From Antedon mediterranea (Eukaryota; Animalia; Echinodermata): a stretch of DNA of 64,000 bases. Under the pieces are notes generated by a model. That model saw only the letters and a program-made list of their open reading frames with translations, was not told the origin of the DNA and did not search any database. The stretch is from contig NC_092678.1 in the NCBI RefSeq assembly GCF_964355755.1, forward strand, positions 15,667,881 through 15,731,880, read 5' to 3'. This document shows, one piece after another, positions 12,176 to 26,200 of the stretch (positions are counted from its first letter, which is position 1; every line of letters starts with the position of its first letter). A program made the position numbers and the translations under genes.

Positions 12176-15100
12176 CTAAACTATCTTATTTATTGGTCTT
12201 CGATATGTTCCCGTTTGAGTTTTGACTTGTACATTTCTAACTTTTCCATCTGCACCAGGATACACTTCTATGATCCTTCCTAATATCCATTTTCCTCTAA
12301 TTGTATTGGGATCAGAAACTCTCACATTTCTCCTATCAGTATTCCATTTTTTCCGAGGTACTAATAACGGAAACACATCTCTTATCCAACATTTCCAGAA
12401 ACTATCAACGATGCGTTGCATAAACTCGAATCGGTGTCTTGGATTCTTCGTATCCCGAAATGGTCCATTTGATATTCCACTTGATGCTCGTCCTAACAAA
12501 ATATCATTTGGACATAAATATCTACCGTCGTCCGGGTCATTCGGAATTCTTCCTATTGGTCGTTGATTCACTAAGTTACTAACTTCCATGAAACAAGTTT
12601 GCAACTCAAACGGCGTCATGGTTTGTTGCCCAATGGCTTTTCTTAAAGCAAGTTTACAGCTTTTGACTAGTGACTCGGCAAATCCGTTTTGGTGCGGTGC
12701 CAATGGCGTTGTAAATTTTCATTGTACTCTTTTCTCGGCGCAAAACTCCTTTAACTCCTTTTGATCAACAATCGATGTATTTACAGGCCAATCCTCCTCA
12801 GGCAAGTATAAGAACTCTGGTCCAATTCGCCATCTTCCGTTAAGCTGTTTAACTGGTATGCCACGTGATACATCGTCTGCTACATTATGCTCACCGGGGA
12901 CGTGTCTCCATTGCGACGGCTCTGACATGCTCTGTATTTCTCCAATTCTATTTGATACAAATGACTTAAAGCCTCTCGCTTGGCTTCTTATCCATGCCAA
13001 AACGATCATGCTGTTTGTTAAGAAGATTACTTTATTGAATTTGATTCTGGTTTTGTCTATTATAATCGTATGAAGTCTCGTAGCTACCAATGCTGCTTGC
13101 AATTCAAGCCTAGGAATTGTTAACTTCTTGAGCAGTGTTACTCGTGATTTCGCTTCCACAAATTTCACATCAAATTGATTATTATCTACTTTCCAGCGAA
13201 TGTATGCACACGACCCAAATGCGTCTTCTGACGCATCTGCAAACATACATAGTATAGGCCCTTCTGTTGTTGTTGGTGGCGTTAGACACCTATCAAAACT
13301 GATAGTATTTAGTTCTTTCATTTCTTTGAATAACTTCACCCACCAATCTTCGATTCGAAGTGGCGTACTTTTCTTGTCTGGGCGCAACACTCCGTGATGA
13401 GAGATGTAATGTACCGGACCGTCGTATGATGATAACTCTTTGTCTGATAACTTTCTAGCGAATTTCATGTCTACCATCTCTTTGATTTGGTTCTTATAAG
13501 CTTTTGCATGCTCAGGATTCTTAAGTAAGCGTCTTTCCATTGAATACAATTTCTTTTCAGCTTGTGATCGGTTATTTGGTAGTTGGTTTGGATCCCTTTT
13601 CCATGGGTATGGTATTAACCACTGGTTACCCAGTTTGGTACAGGAGTCTGCTATTATTTTGGCTTCTTCTGACTCTATCGGCCCAATTTTACTTGCTTCA
13701 CAAGAACACGTTTTAACAGTAACGCCCATAGCGTCTGTAGTCCAAAAACCGGTTAAGTCTACTGGTTGTGAAAACTTTACATGTAATACATTGTTTGACG
13801 GTCGGTCTTCTGTCACTGCCCCAAAAATCACCCAGCCTAATGGTGAGTGTCGAGCAATTAGGTTGCCTGCCTCTCTAGTTTCACCAATGTGTATGTTTGG
13901 GTGGTCAATTCCAATTAACAAATCTACATCACCATGTCCTCGATAAATATCCTTGGTATCAATTTTGAAACGTCTCGCTATATCAGCCACGCATATTTCT
14001 TCCACGTCGTCACTTATAGACGGAATACAAATAGCCTTAATAATAAACTCTTGTTTGCTTCTCATTGGTCGAATACGGGTTTCATATATCTTCGTAAACA
14101 ACTGTTCCTCTTCTCCGCCTACTTTCTTTATCGTAGTTACCACTTCCTTTCCTTTAAGATGTAATTGTTCTGCAAGTGGACTTCTTATTAAACTGATTTG
14201 AGCGCCTGAATCCAAAAGCACATTTTGCTTGACAGCGTGTGTCTTTTCTACCCAATATTTCTACTACTAATACTGGCAATATTGATGAATTTCCTATAGA
14301 GGTTGTAGTTACTGCTTGGCTTCCTTCTGGTATGTGCAGTAGAGGGTGATGAAAATACTTGCACTGTGCCCCTTTCACTACTTGTGAACACTATGTCTTC
14401 TTCTATTACAGACACTCATGCCATGACCTTTTTTTTAGACATCCAAAGCATGCTTTGCCAGCCTTCATCTCATTTAATCTTTCTTGCGGTGTTTTCTCTT
14501 TAAGCTTGTTACATTTATCCGTCCAGTGACTGTCCGAACTGCAAATCCAGCATTTGTATCTTTTTGTTGCGGCTACTTGATTTACTTGAGATACTTTCGT
14601 ATTACTGTTGGATCTAACTTGAGCAGTAGCCCTCATTCGTGATTTCATTTCTCCCATCATCCAGTTGATCAGCTCGTTTAAAGTTGCTTCCTTATTATCT
14701 AGATGACGAAACCAAACTTTTTTGTCTTCAATGCTTAATTTCTGCTCTATCATGGCTAACACGTGATTGTTGTCCATGTCATTCGGTCTGCCAGCTTCCT
14801 TTAATGTGTTATAACTTCTGTTTATTAAATGTGTTAATTCACAAAATCTGTTCTCTTCACCTTCCTTAAGTGGCTTGAATTTGTTTATATCTTGAGCAAT
14901 TGCATCTGCTATAAACCTTGGGTCACCATATACATTATCCAGATAGCTCCAGGCTGCTCGGTAATCTTCACCTAAGCCTCTAATCAATTCCAGTGGTTTT
15001 CCTTGCAGACTGGATCTTAGAATTGTTACTGCCTCTCTATTACTATATCTTGACTCTATAAATTGTCGGAAGTCGGCACGAAAGATGTAGTAGTCTCTCA

Positions 15101-15716
15101 CATCCCCTTAAAACTTAGGTAGCTTTGGCCTTTCAATTTTAAATAAATCATTTTTTCTTGAGGATGGGTTGCTTGGCATCATTTGAGTATCGGCTGCATC
15201 ATTTTCATCTAATTTTATAACAATTTGACCTTGAGCAACATTTTCATTATTTCCATCGATCGCTTGACCTCTATCAGCTTCGCCATCAACTATTACTTGA
15301 TTTGCCTCTAGGTTTTCTTCGGCTCCTTGAGCTCCAACTTGTTGTTCTGGTATTTCCTGATCTGGTATATCGTTTTGCTCATCTTGTTGATCAGCTTCTT
15401 GTTCTTCGTCAACTTCATCACCAATAGGATGGTATTCCTTATTTCGAATGGAAAGTTCTAGGAAATTATCTTGGCATTCTAACATCCACTTCTCTTGCCT
15501 TTCACAGTCTTCATCATCTTCGATGACATCCATCAGCTGATCGTGTTTCGTTTGTGTAGATTCGTATGCTTCACTTACTTTTAAGAAGACTTCGTTTCTT
15601 TCATTTTTTGGGCGATTCCTTTCTATCAGGGTTCCCATTGCGTTTGATAATCTTGTGAATTTAGCTTTGGCATTGCGTCTTTGTCTTTTTAGTTGTCGTT
15701 CGTTTTCCTCGGCCAT
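12176..15716 (-). pseudogene. Disrupted BEL gag-pol lacking the RT core and the integrase N-half
   Basis: ORFs 15108-15716, 14406-15101, 14154-14378, 12719-14221 and 12176-12703 are separated by frameshifts or stops; no RT catalytic YxDD region is present. Confidence 0.9.
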
Positions 15717-15873
15717 CCCGGAGAAATTGAATTGTTGGAAAACAACAACTCCTGCTAATTGTATATAAAGCCTTTTATAAGCTTTGTGTATTTATTCAAT
15801 TTCTTTGGCAGGATATTTAGCTTCCCTTATTCATTATACATTTACTGCATTTTATAGCTAAAATTACTATACA

Positions 15874-16997
15874 CTAGATGGTACGCTCGCGTACCATCTA
15901 GGTCACGCCCACAGATGGTTCTCGAATATACAGTAATTTCAGCGTAACAAAACTGGCGATTTCAAATGTACGTACCGCAGGACTATAATACATTGTCGTT
16001 TACAGAAACGAATAAATAGACACGATGATTTATGTAGTCAACTAAAATTAGCACCCTGGGAATTACTTCCGAAGGAGAAACTTATCACAAAATGAGTCCA
16101 AATTTTTGATTTGGACTCATTTAAAGAAACCCAATTTGTGTTTTATGTAACATTAGGGTTGAGGGATGGGAAAGAGGATAGGTACAAAGAGGAACAATTT
16201 TTAAATATATTCTGTATCCACTCAGTAACGAAATATTTTGTTCATGTTTTATAAGCCTATACTTAATATACCTCTAAATACAGTAAAACATTTGAGATTT
16301 AATACTTTGTTAAAACTGTCACTGTCATAATCGATTGAAATATTAAAGTACATGTCACGATACACCACTACGACGTTTATATTTTTGGTAACTATTAATT
16401 AATACAAACGTTGAGAAGGAACTGTCAGTATAAAGTTTATTTGTATATAATAATGTGTATTTACAGTATTGTCAAATTATTGCAAGAAGTTTATTCTCAA
16501 AGGGCCCATATATTTACCTACCGTATGTGTTAAACCAAGGGCTCATAAATTTACCTACTTGTGTTAAACCAAACTCTGGCAGACTGAGAGATTGGGATGT
16601 TCCATTCATCGCAAATCAATACATTTGTATAATCTTATATTAAATCTATCAAAATAGTATTTTTTAAAGAAAATCGGCCTGTCTTCAACATTATGATGCT
16701 GTACTCTAGCTGTTCAACCGGTTTTCAGCTATTAAAAACAATTATCGTAGGAGGAGATAGGAAAACGCGAAGCCTCCTCGCATTTTTGTGGCGGGTATTT
16801 TTCAAGATGGACATCCATTAGACAGTGTATACCACGATCGGAAAACACTCCTATTTGGGGCAAATCGTTGAACCTAAATTCGTTTTAATCGTCAATAACT
16901 AATTATCTAACTTAATTTAATTAGTAAACAGGGTTACATCAGGTGGTTAAAATCAGCACCGAAAGTACGAACCAACTTTATATAATTTATATATAGA
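15874..16997 (-). mobile_element. Non-autonomous Helitron, 1124 bp, inserted in the BEL 5' LTR
   Basis: Minus strand begins TCTATATATAAA and ends with hairpin GATGGTACGCGAGCGTACCATC then CTAG. Inserted between A and T with no duplication; the empty site TATACA|TTATGG is seen in the other LTR near 11975. Confidence 0.9.
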
Positions 16998-17176
16998 TTA
17001 TGGCTGTCTATCACCCTTCTAGTGACGACCTTTTGCCTATCGTGTGACTTGCTGCAACTAACTTAAATCATCTTTTAATTATACAAATGTTTCTTCCTTT
17101 CTACGCATGCGTGATACAAGCGATCGTTCTATAACGATCCAGTAACAATACGTACAAAGGAATGCGGGCAGATTAA

Positions 17177-18090
17177 AGATGTATTTGTTCCCATGAAAAA
17201 TATTTTTTCAAAATTGTTGGTTGAATATGCCATTTTAATGCCACGTAATTGGATCGAAAAGAAATTTATTTATCTGAAAAAAACTGTAATTTAAAGGAAA
17301 AATAGTCAAATTGGGTTTTTGGTTGAATCAGGGAAGAGTTAAATTACAATTTATCTCTTCCGTGGTTGAATTTAACCATTTATTTTCTCATTTTATAAGT
17401 GAAAACATTGCTTTTTCCCCGTGTTTGTCTACTGAAGTGATTAAAGATGTATTGTCCCTTTGACTAATTCCAAAAAATATTTTTTTTTTCATATCGAAAA
17501 AAGGTTGGTCATTTTGAAGTATCATAATAGTTATTAACTTTCACCAAAAATTAGTCGGGAAAAAAAATAATTTAACCAAAATGCAGATGTTTTTTTGTTC
17601 AAAAAATAACTTTGACTTCCAGTCAAAGTTTTCAATCAAAACATATCTCATAATGCTACGCACTTATTTGGCTACTCTGTATGCATAATCATAAAACTCC
17701 TCGCGATCTGTGTGAAACACCTTCTCAACCGTGACGAGTTGTAAACAATCCTAATTAGCATCATGAATAATGCATACTCATGGTTTGAAATCTTTGTTTA
17801 CTTTCGCTTGCGACGATTTCCCAGACGAAATGTAATCTAATTAATTTATCCTGTTAATTACGTAAAATTGTTGTTTTTGGCTCGAATTTTCGACTTAAAG
17901 TGAATAGCTTTAATATTACTTTGATATGGCCAATTTAAATTTAGAATATTTTTTTTGTTCATTTTTTGTGTTTCAAGGGACAATACATCTTTAACGTTAT
18001 TATACTAAATTATATTAACTACAAACTAACCTATTCAAAGTCTGATTTAATTAATCTTCATTGTTCATGTTTTTGGGGGACAATACATCT
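17177..18090. mobile_element. Kolobok-like non-autonomous element (outer) containing a related element
   Basis: TTAA flanks; termini AGATGTATTTGTTCCC / GGGGACAATACATCT; uninterrupted partial copy at about 22380-22665. Confidence 0.75.
17445..17990. mobile_element. Kolobok-like MITE, 546 bp (inner)
   Basis: TTAA duplication; TIRs AGATGTATTGTCCCTT / AAGGGACAATACATCT; near-identical copy at 42219-42762 and a fragment at about 63021-63116. Confidence 0.85.
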
Positions 18091-19684
18091 TTAAGTTAAG
18101 AAGTAAAATAATTTGAGAATAAAACCATGATAAACATACCAAACTTTATTTCTAATATTATATAAATACACATAATAAAGTACAGTATAAAACGAGTTTT
18201 TATCTCTGGTCTCCATATGTATTATTTATATAACATGACAGGATAAAAAAAACATCCCATTTTAAATGTATGAAATGCTATATTTAGGCAATAAACTCTC
18301 AGTACTTGTTATGTTATTTGTTATAAACAAGTAAAGTTTTTGCTGACCTAGTTTTTTCTTGCACAAAATAAATTGATGTACAGGTATTAAACATTTGTAA
18401 TAGACCAATTGTATAAACTTAAATATATTACTTTATTTGATAGGCCTACATTTATATTGTTTCTTTAATTACTAGATTAACATTGCTGTCATTGTTTCGT
18501 TACTTACTGTTTTTCACGCTGCTGCTCTAGCCCGCTACATCCCATTAGGACTACTCAATCAGAAGCTAAAGCAAGCAGCAGTTATAGTTCTAAGGACAGA
18601 CAGTTTTGTGAAAATGGAAACTCCACTATAATTTAGTGATTCCAGCTGCTACAGTAGACCCAAAAAACGTCTGGGAAAGAGTCTATTAGAACATGTCATG
18701 CTAAAATTACAAATCCCTAAGCATTTCTGGTATATTCACTGTCAGATATTCATTGAATTATTATCGAAACAGTCCATTAAAGTTTGTGTTTGTAATAGGA
18801 TACTTCACAATTGAAATATCTAGGGTGATGAAGTGACCCCCAGATTTGACCTTAGCAATAAAATTAACTAAAGTGACAGAAATTGAGTATTCACTTCTGT
18901 AACAAAAAAATAATATTTATTCACATATAAAAAAAGAAAAGAAACCCAAAAACTATTGTCTGACAGACAATTTAAGTATTTGTTGCTTTAAATTACATTT
19001 TTTTCAGGTAAAATAACTATTATGTGACAATAAAATGATACATTCAAAAACATTTAAAATAAAAAATATTTTTCAATAAAGCGAGCAGCGTTTTTTGTAA
19101 GAAATATTTCTTGTTTTATACAGGTATGTATAATGTGTGTACTTTTTCTCTGTGAATGCATAGTTATTGTGTGCCAAGATTGAAGACTATTATAATTATA
19201 CCATGTCCACATGGTCACAAATATGTATTATTATTCTGATTGCCACAGATTCACATGTAACGATTCATTGTTTCTTTTTACATACCACCACAAGCTGTCG
19301 TTTTTCCCAGATAAGCATAGGTATGACACGCCAAGTGTGCCAAAATGTTTTTCTTTTTATGAATAAATTATTATTACAAATTGCTATTTATAATACAATG
19401 GCACAACCAGAATTCATAAAATAAAGTATAATGAAGTTAATGTTAACATTTTAATATAATAGTACTATTACTTAATATTACTTTATTATTTTGTAGCATA
19501 TCTCAGAATCAGCGTTTTCAAACCATGAACTCGGATTATGTACATCGCAAGTTACTTGATCTTGTAAACTATCTGTTAGTATTCATTTATACTTATGATT
19601 ATTGAGCCTACATAATGTAACTAGGTAGGCCTACATAGTGTAACTAGGTAGCCTAGTACATAGTGTCACTAGGTAGGCCCACAT

Positions 19685-22600
19685 TCATGTCATTGACCAT
19701 GTACCAGCATGATAAGTGTCTTTATGTAAAGCATATAATGATGGACCACAATGTAGTATTCTACCACTGCCTAGGCACTCATCTCCAACATAGAGCACTG
19801 CAAACTACAAAATTGAAAAATGTGCTTCAGTAAAAAGACAAAATAGTGCTTGAAACTTATAAAATGTGTGTAATAATAATATCCTGGATTTATATAGCCC
19901 CTAATGTTGTGAAACCTCTAAGAGCTGTACAAAAATTAATACGATAAAATGGGATTCCATCCATGTGAAAAAAAAACCCAAACTGAAGTAAGGGGATACG
20001 CCTTCGTCACTAAACCAGGGATCGATCTAATTGAACCCTGGTCAGCACCAGGTGTGTCTCAGTCATCCTGGACTCAGGCGGCTCCTGCCCTACTTAAACT
20101 AGATCTAAAACAATCTAGGTGGCATGGTAAAGGAGAAAATAGGGATCAAAATGTGTATAACCTATTGTTATTGTGATATTAGTTTTAAACAAAGTGTTCC
20201 AATATAGGCTGACAACTAGTGCACACGTTTGAGAAAAAGTAGTAGAAGTTTAATTCCTCATTTCTCTATCAGAGATAGATGGCAGTTGATGTGCCCATAT
20301 ATGGACACAGTGATGTCATATCACTACCATATTTGGGCACATCACTACCATATTTGGGCACATCACTACCATATTTGGGCACATCACTACCATATTTGGG
20401 CACATCACTACCATATTTGGGCACATCACTACCATATTTGGGCACATCACTACCATATTTGGGCACATCACTACCATATTTGGGCACATCACTACAAGTA
20501 CCATATTTGGGCACATCACTACCATATTTGGGCACATCACTACCATATTTGGGCACATCACTACCATATTTGGGCACATCACTACCATATTTGGGCACAT
20601 CACTACCATATTTGGGCACATCACTACCATATTTGGGCACATCACTACCATATTTGGGCACATCACTACCATATTTGGGCACATCACTACCATATTTGGG
20701 CACATCACTACCATATTTGGGCACATCACTACCATATTTGGGCACATCACTACCATATTTGGGCACATCACTACCATATTTGGGCACATCACTACCATAT
20801 TTGGGCACATCACTACCATATTTGGGCACATCACTACCATATTTGGGCACATCACTACCATATTTGGGCACATCACTACCATATTTGGGCACATCACTAC
20901 CATATTTGGGCACATCACTACCATATTTGGGCATATCACTACCATATTTGGGCATATCACTACCATATTTGGGCATATCACTACCATATTTGGGCATATC
21001 ACTACCATATTTGGGCATATCACTACCATATTTGGGCATATCACTACCATATTTGGGCATATCACTACCATATTTGGGCACATCACTACCATATTTGGGC
21101 ACATCACTACCATATTTGGGCACATCACTACCATATTTGGGCACATCACTACCATATTTGGGCACATCACTACCATATTTGGGCACATCACTACCATATT
21201 TGGGCACATCACTACCATATTTGGGCACATCACTACCATATTTGGGCACATCACTACCATATTTGGGCACATCACTACCATATTTGGGCACATCACTACC
21301 ATATTTGGGCACATCACTACCATATTTGGGCACATCACTACCATATTTGGGCACATCACTACCATATTTGGGCACATCACTACCATATTTGGGCACATCA
21401 CTACCATATTTGGGCATATCACTACCATATTTGGGCATATCACTACCATATTTGGGCATATCACTACCATATTTGGGCATATCACACTTTTTGATAGTGT
21501 AGACAGAACTTTAGAAAAAAGTATATAGATTGAAAGAACAGTCAATTTTACACAGGAAAATACTATTTCAATTAAAAACAATTCCCTTTCAATTGCAAGT
21601 CATTAATAATCAGTAAAATCCCTTAAAATTTAATTTAAAAAGTCCTGTAGAACAACTATTAAAGAGAGGCTTATTTCACGACGCTATACTTTACCACTGA
21701 CAAAAAATATATGCGGTATAACAATGTTGTATTTTAATAAACACTAGAAATGTTATACCTTACCCTGAAACTACCGTAAAACCTTGAAAGAAGCTCATCT
21801 CAAAAAGGCGGCCATCTTGAAAAGAAGCCCATCTCAAAAAGGCGGCCATCTTGAAAAGAAGCCCATCTCAAAAAGGCCATCTTGAAAAAATCCCACTCAA
21901 AAAGAAGGCCATCTTGAAAAGAGCCCACTCAAAAGGAAGGTCATCTTAAAAAGAGCCCACTCAAAAATACTAAAAAAAGAAGAAGCCCATGGGCTTCTTT
22001 TCGAGGTTTTACAGTATTTCATTTGAGACATAGGCCTAACTGTAACTATAATAATTAAATTCTTACCTGGCCCGGTGTTAGTGCTCTCAGAGGCTTTTTC
22101 AATGAAATTAGCAAACTGTTATCACTATTCAACGTCAGTGTACAATCAACTAAAAAAATATTTTCTAACTTAGATTAACACAAAAAGTAAATTCTTTCCT
22201 CCATTTTAGAAGATGTTTGTGTGTACAATAATTACAAACGTGTGACATAATTTAAGCCACCTGAAACGGTAAGGGTAAACTTTGGTTTAAAAGTATATAA
22301 CGGCCAAAAGCAGAGTGAATTTTGGGAAGGAAACAAACTAAGGAATTGGAAATCAAGTGGTATTAATTCATAACAATTTTATTGTTTAATATGCCATTTT
22401 AATGTAACATAACAGTTAACCACTTTGACCAAAAATAGGATCGGAAAAAATGTATTTACCTAAAAAAACTGTATTTAAAGCAAAAAATGGTCAAATTGGC
22501 TGTCGCCAATGGGTTTTTGGTTGAATTTAACCATTTTATAAGTGAAAACATTTTTTTACAATTTTTTTTTACGGAAGTGGTTAACTGTATTCGAACTACA

Positions 22601-23243
22601 AAATAACATATTCAAAGTCTGATTTAATTAATCTTAATTGCTCATGTTTTTGGGGGACAATGCATAATATAACACTGTGTGAACACCATGGCATTTTCAT
22701 ACAGTGTGTGTAAGTCACGCCAGTCTTGCACTGTATGTGTGAACATACACTTAGATAACCTCAACAATTCCTTTACAATGGTATATAAATTACCTGGGAC
22801 GTCTGCATGTTGGAAACGGAATTGGCACTCAAATGTTTTATTAAGCTGCAACGTTGAGGGCATTGAACTTATCCAATGAACAGGTTCAGTGACAACAGAT
22901 TCAGCGAACAGTGACGGATGATTTGTTGATGGTGCCTAAACGATAAATTATAGTGCGATTAAAAATGAGATTCAAGTGACCAAGCGGTTAGGACAGGGGC
23001 GTTTATTGTACCTAAAGAGCCAACAAAATCAATATGGGTTTCGAGGTGGAGGACTATAAACCGTAGGTCCAGTGATCTGATCGGACTTCATAACCTTATT
23101 TGTTAACTATATTTCGCCTTATGACTTTAAGACTCGAAATTGAGCGAGTGGCCGAGCGGTTAAGACAGTGGAGCCGTATACGTAGCCATAACATCGGAAG
23201 GGGTTCAAGGCTCAGTCGCTCCATGGTTCTAGTGGTAGAATGA

Positions 23244-23274
<31 letters not shown>

Positions 23275-26200
23275 ACCAGTGTACACACCTTGCTCATGTG
23301 CATTTTAAAGAACCTAGTACATCTTTTGAGACGAGTAGGTTAAGCATGCACTGGGCCCTCTAGGAGAACAGTCTTAAGGGTCTTTCACACCTGTTCCGGC
23401 ACGGTTCCGGTCCAGCAAATCGAACATCAATGTTTCGTTTTCACGCGGCTATGCGCCAATAGATATGTGCGTTCGATTGGATTTTCCGGACTGAAGAATC
23501 TACCCAGTATAAAGAATAAATAATAATAATTGAGACAGGATGATGGAACAAGACAACACAACAAGAATCAATTTAGCGATTTCTCAAAATTAATAAAACT
23601 TACAACATAAATAGTTCTTGTTGAAGTTTCTTTTTCTACTACAAACCATTTATTATTCTTTGCAGGTATGCGGGCATTCTGTCCCAGTGTGTAAAGAAAA
23701 CATCCTGCCAAAATAAAAATAATATTGTGAGGTGGTTTCCTGAAAGATTGTAAATCAAAACGGTACTGGGTATGACCAACTAGCGTTCTTGTCACCAACT
23801 AGTCATCCATTCATAGAAGTACTGATGTAGTAGCCTATCTGTACGGTGACCATAGAATGTGACCCGAGACAAAACTTCTTATTTTTTAGGACTCTTGGGG
23901 GGGATTCCATTCGAGATGGGCTTCTTTTTGAGATGGGCTTCTTTTGAGATGGACTTCTTTTTGAGATGAGTTTCTTTTTAAGATTACTTTTGCAAACTGA
24001 AGAGAAATGAATGCTGTAAAGTTTGTGAATTTTTACTAAAACATTTTTACATATTGCCAAGGAAGCAGACAAGAAGATACAAGATGTAATCAAAGTACCA
24101 TTTAGAAAACAATAAAGTGTACAAATAAGTATATCATGATGCTTGATTGTTGAGAAAATTAAGGGCTGTTGTCATTAATATATTAGGAACTTTTAAATTG
24201 AGTGAATGTGCACACTGCGGTCACGTCCACATGGTTTATAGTCAACTGTTCTCGTCGACAGATATATGAACATTTAGATTAAGTGGATATTTATGTTGAC
24301 ATGCCGATGAACGTATGACGTAATGACCTCGGCATCTGACCTTGTAATCTCTATAGTAGTGCTTGTCCGTGGTTCTATTACACCACGCTGGCCCAGCAAA
24401 TATGGTTCATATTATTTAGTAAAAGGCTTACCGTTGTGGTGCCCAATAACTTCACCGTCTTCAATTGAAATAAACTTTCCCGGTGCTGGCTCCACATACT
24501 GTCAATAAACATAAAAATAATCAATTAACAGGAATATTTACATAAAAATATTACGAAAACACAATATACTGCAGTAATTATGGTATCTTCAGGGTAGATA
24601 AAACATTTAGAAAACAGAGGGGACATGAACAACCGATAGACTTTTGGTATCGTGTCTGGCGACAACAAACAGCCTCCGTATCTTGTTGAGGCCTGTTCTT
24701 TTTCCCCCAAGATTTCCCGAGTTTGTACTGCTCATGTGTGCTTAGTCCTTTGATATAACTGACCAATCACAGTACACATTTTCAAATTTCAATTATTGGA
24801 GTGCGACCTTTTTTGTTTGCTTTTTTAAAATACTTATCCCAGGATTTCAAAAGGTTGGCGAATGTGTGTATAATAAAAAAAAAGGTGATAAGTCTGGAGA
24901 TCAATGTATGTTACAACATGTTAAAAGTTTTAATCTATAAATATGTAAAAAGGGTATTAGGTGGAAATAATTAATTGTTGGTCTTTTGATTGTCTTTTTT
25001 TTGTCACTTTAGACATGATACCGTACAAGAATTGTCTGTCATGAAGTGTCAGACATTCAATAGTATAATTATTTTAAAAGAACAAATTATGAATGTCTTA
25101 CCTCTTGAATAAATTGGTGAAAATTTCGCTGACCTATAAAACATATTCCCATGCTCTTAAATAAATACATATGAAATAAAAATGTAAGTATAAATAATAA
25201 ATTTGGGATGCACTGAAAAATGCTCAGTATCACAATATAATTTATAAACATACTTTATAACCATACTTTTTTACGTATATAGACATGATTGCATATAGGA
25301 TAGTACAGTACTCCTTTGGGTCACCACTATTATTAAGGGAACTTCCCATGAAAGGAAGAAGCGGCAATATATGGCATAACCTAGCATTGTGGGGAAAATT
25401 TGGTTGGGTTACAAAGGTTTCGCCATAATAGGGTTTCTATTGTAGTGAAAAGCAAAGGCCACCACATGTGGTTACATCATTGTTGAAAGATTGACGACAT
25501 TGATTGAAAACAATCCCAGCTTTATTGAATCAATTGTATTAATTTTGTTAATGCTGCCCTCTATTGTTGGGTGAAAAAAATAGTTGTATGCTACCCTCTA
25601 TTGCTGAGACAGCAGAAACCAAAAGACCTACTACACAAGCGGAAGGAATGGAATAAAGTTGAATAAAAACTGCGTGATCGATATAAACTAACCTCCTTCT
25701 TTTTAACAATTTTCTCCAAGCCAGCTTGGAGTGCAATGTCTTTGACGACATTTTTTGTCAAGTCGCCAATTGGAAATATAACCTTTTGCAGAGCTTCCTG
25801 TCTGACTTGCGACAAAAAGAAGGTCTGATCTTTCCAAGTATCCACTGGCTTCATTAACTTTACTCCTGAAAAACATAAATTGTGGTAATGAAGTTGCATG
25901 TAAATCCTTTAAATTGTTAGAGGTCCCCAGTTGGATAGGTGACATAATGTGTGGCCAAACAATAAATCATTTTGGTGTAACAAACCATGTCATTACTAAA
26001 ATTAGGTAAAAAAAACCTTGGAAAGTAAGTCTTGAAACAAGTTTGCAGTATATTGGTCTATTAATAAGGCATATATCTGACTGGTCTGTTTCAAGGAGAT
26101 TTAGTTACTCCAACTCCTTGCTGTTTCTTTACAGTGCAAGTACAGTGTTCTCCCCAGGCCTTTGAAGCGTCACGGTACCGTGACGCTTGGGTTCTCTACC

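Larger units (their letters stand above)
11840..17141 (-). mobile_element. BEL/Pao LTR retrotransposon, internally deleted and non-autonomous
   Basis: About 280-bp LTRs at 11840-12119 and 15736-17141 (the latter split by a Helitron), identical by eye, termini TGGA..TCCA. Polypurine tract (plus-strand TCCTCCTCCTTC) at 12120. Gag (DUF1759-like, zinc knuckles), protease LLDSGAQ, Pao RNase H (FADASEDAFG, TIPRLELQAA), integrase C-half (APHQNGFAESLVK, RPINK). Confidence 0.95.

Noticed and set aside
12222-14869. Plus-strand ORFs over the BEL element, and similar antisense ORFs over GAL3ST, the GPCR and Gypsy
   Set aside because: Antisense shadows of real coding frames with no recognisable motifs.
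20317-21477. CRISPR-like array (also considered for 48240-48687 and 3420-3852)
   Set aside because: Units are contiguous with no unique spacers, there are no cas genes, and the context is eukaryotic.
20229-21581. Four 400-aa repetitive ORFs (HHYHIWA, SLPYLGT, DVPKYGS, MCPNMVV)
   Set aside because: They arise because a 21-bp unit has no stop in four frames; the array is intronic and MITE-derived.
23142-23225. Possible tRNA gene (also near 9125-9195)
   Set aside because: A/B-box-like motifs are present, but there is no clean cloverleaf and the sequence runs into SINE-type body.
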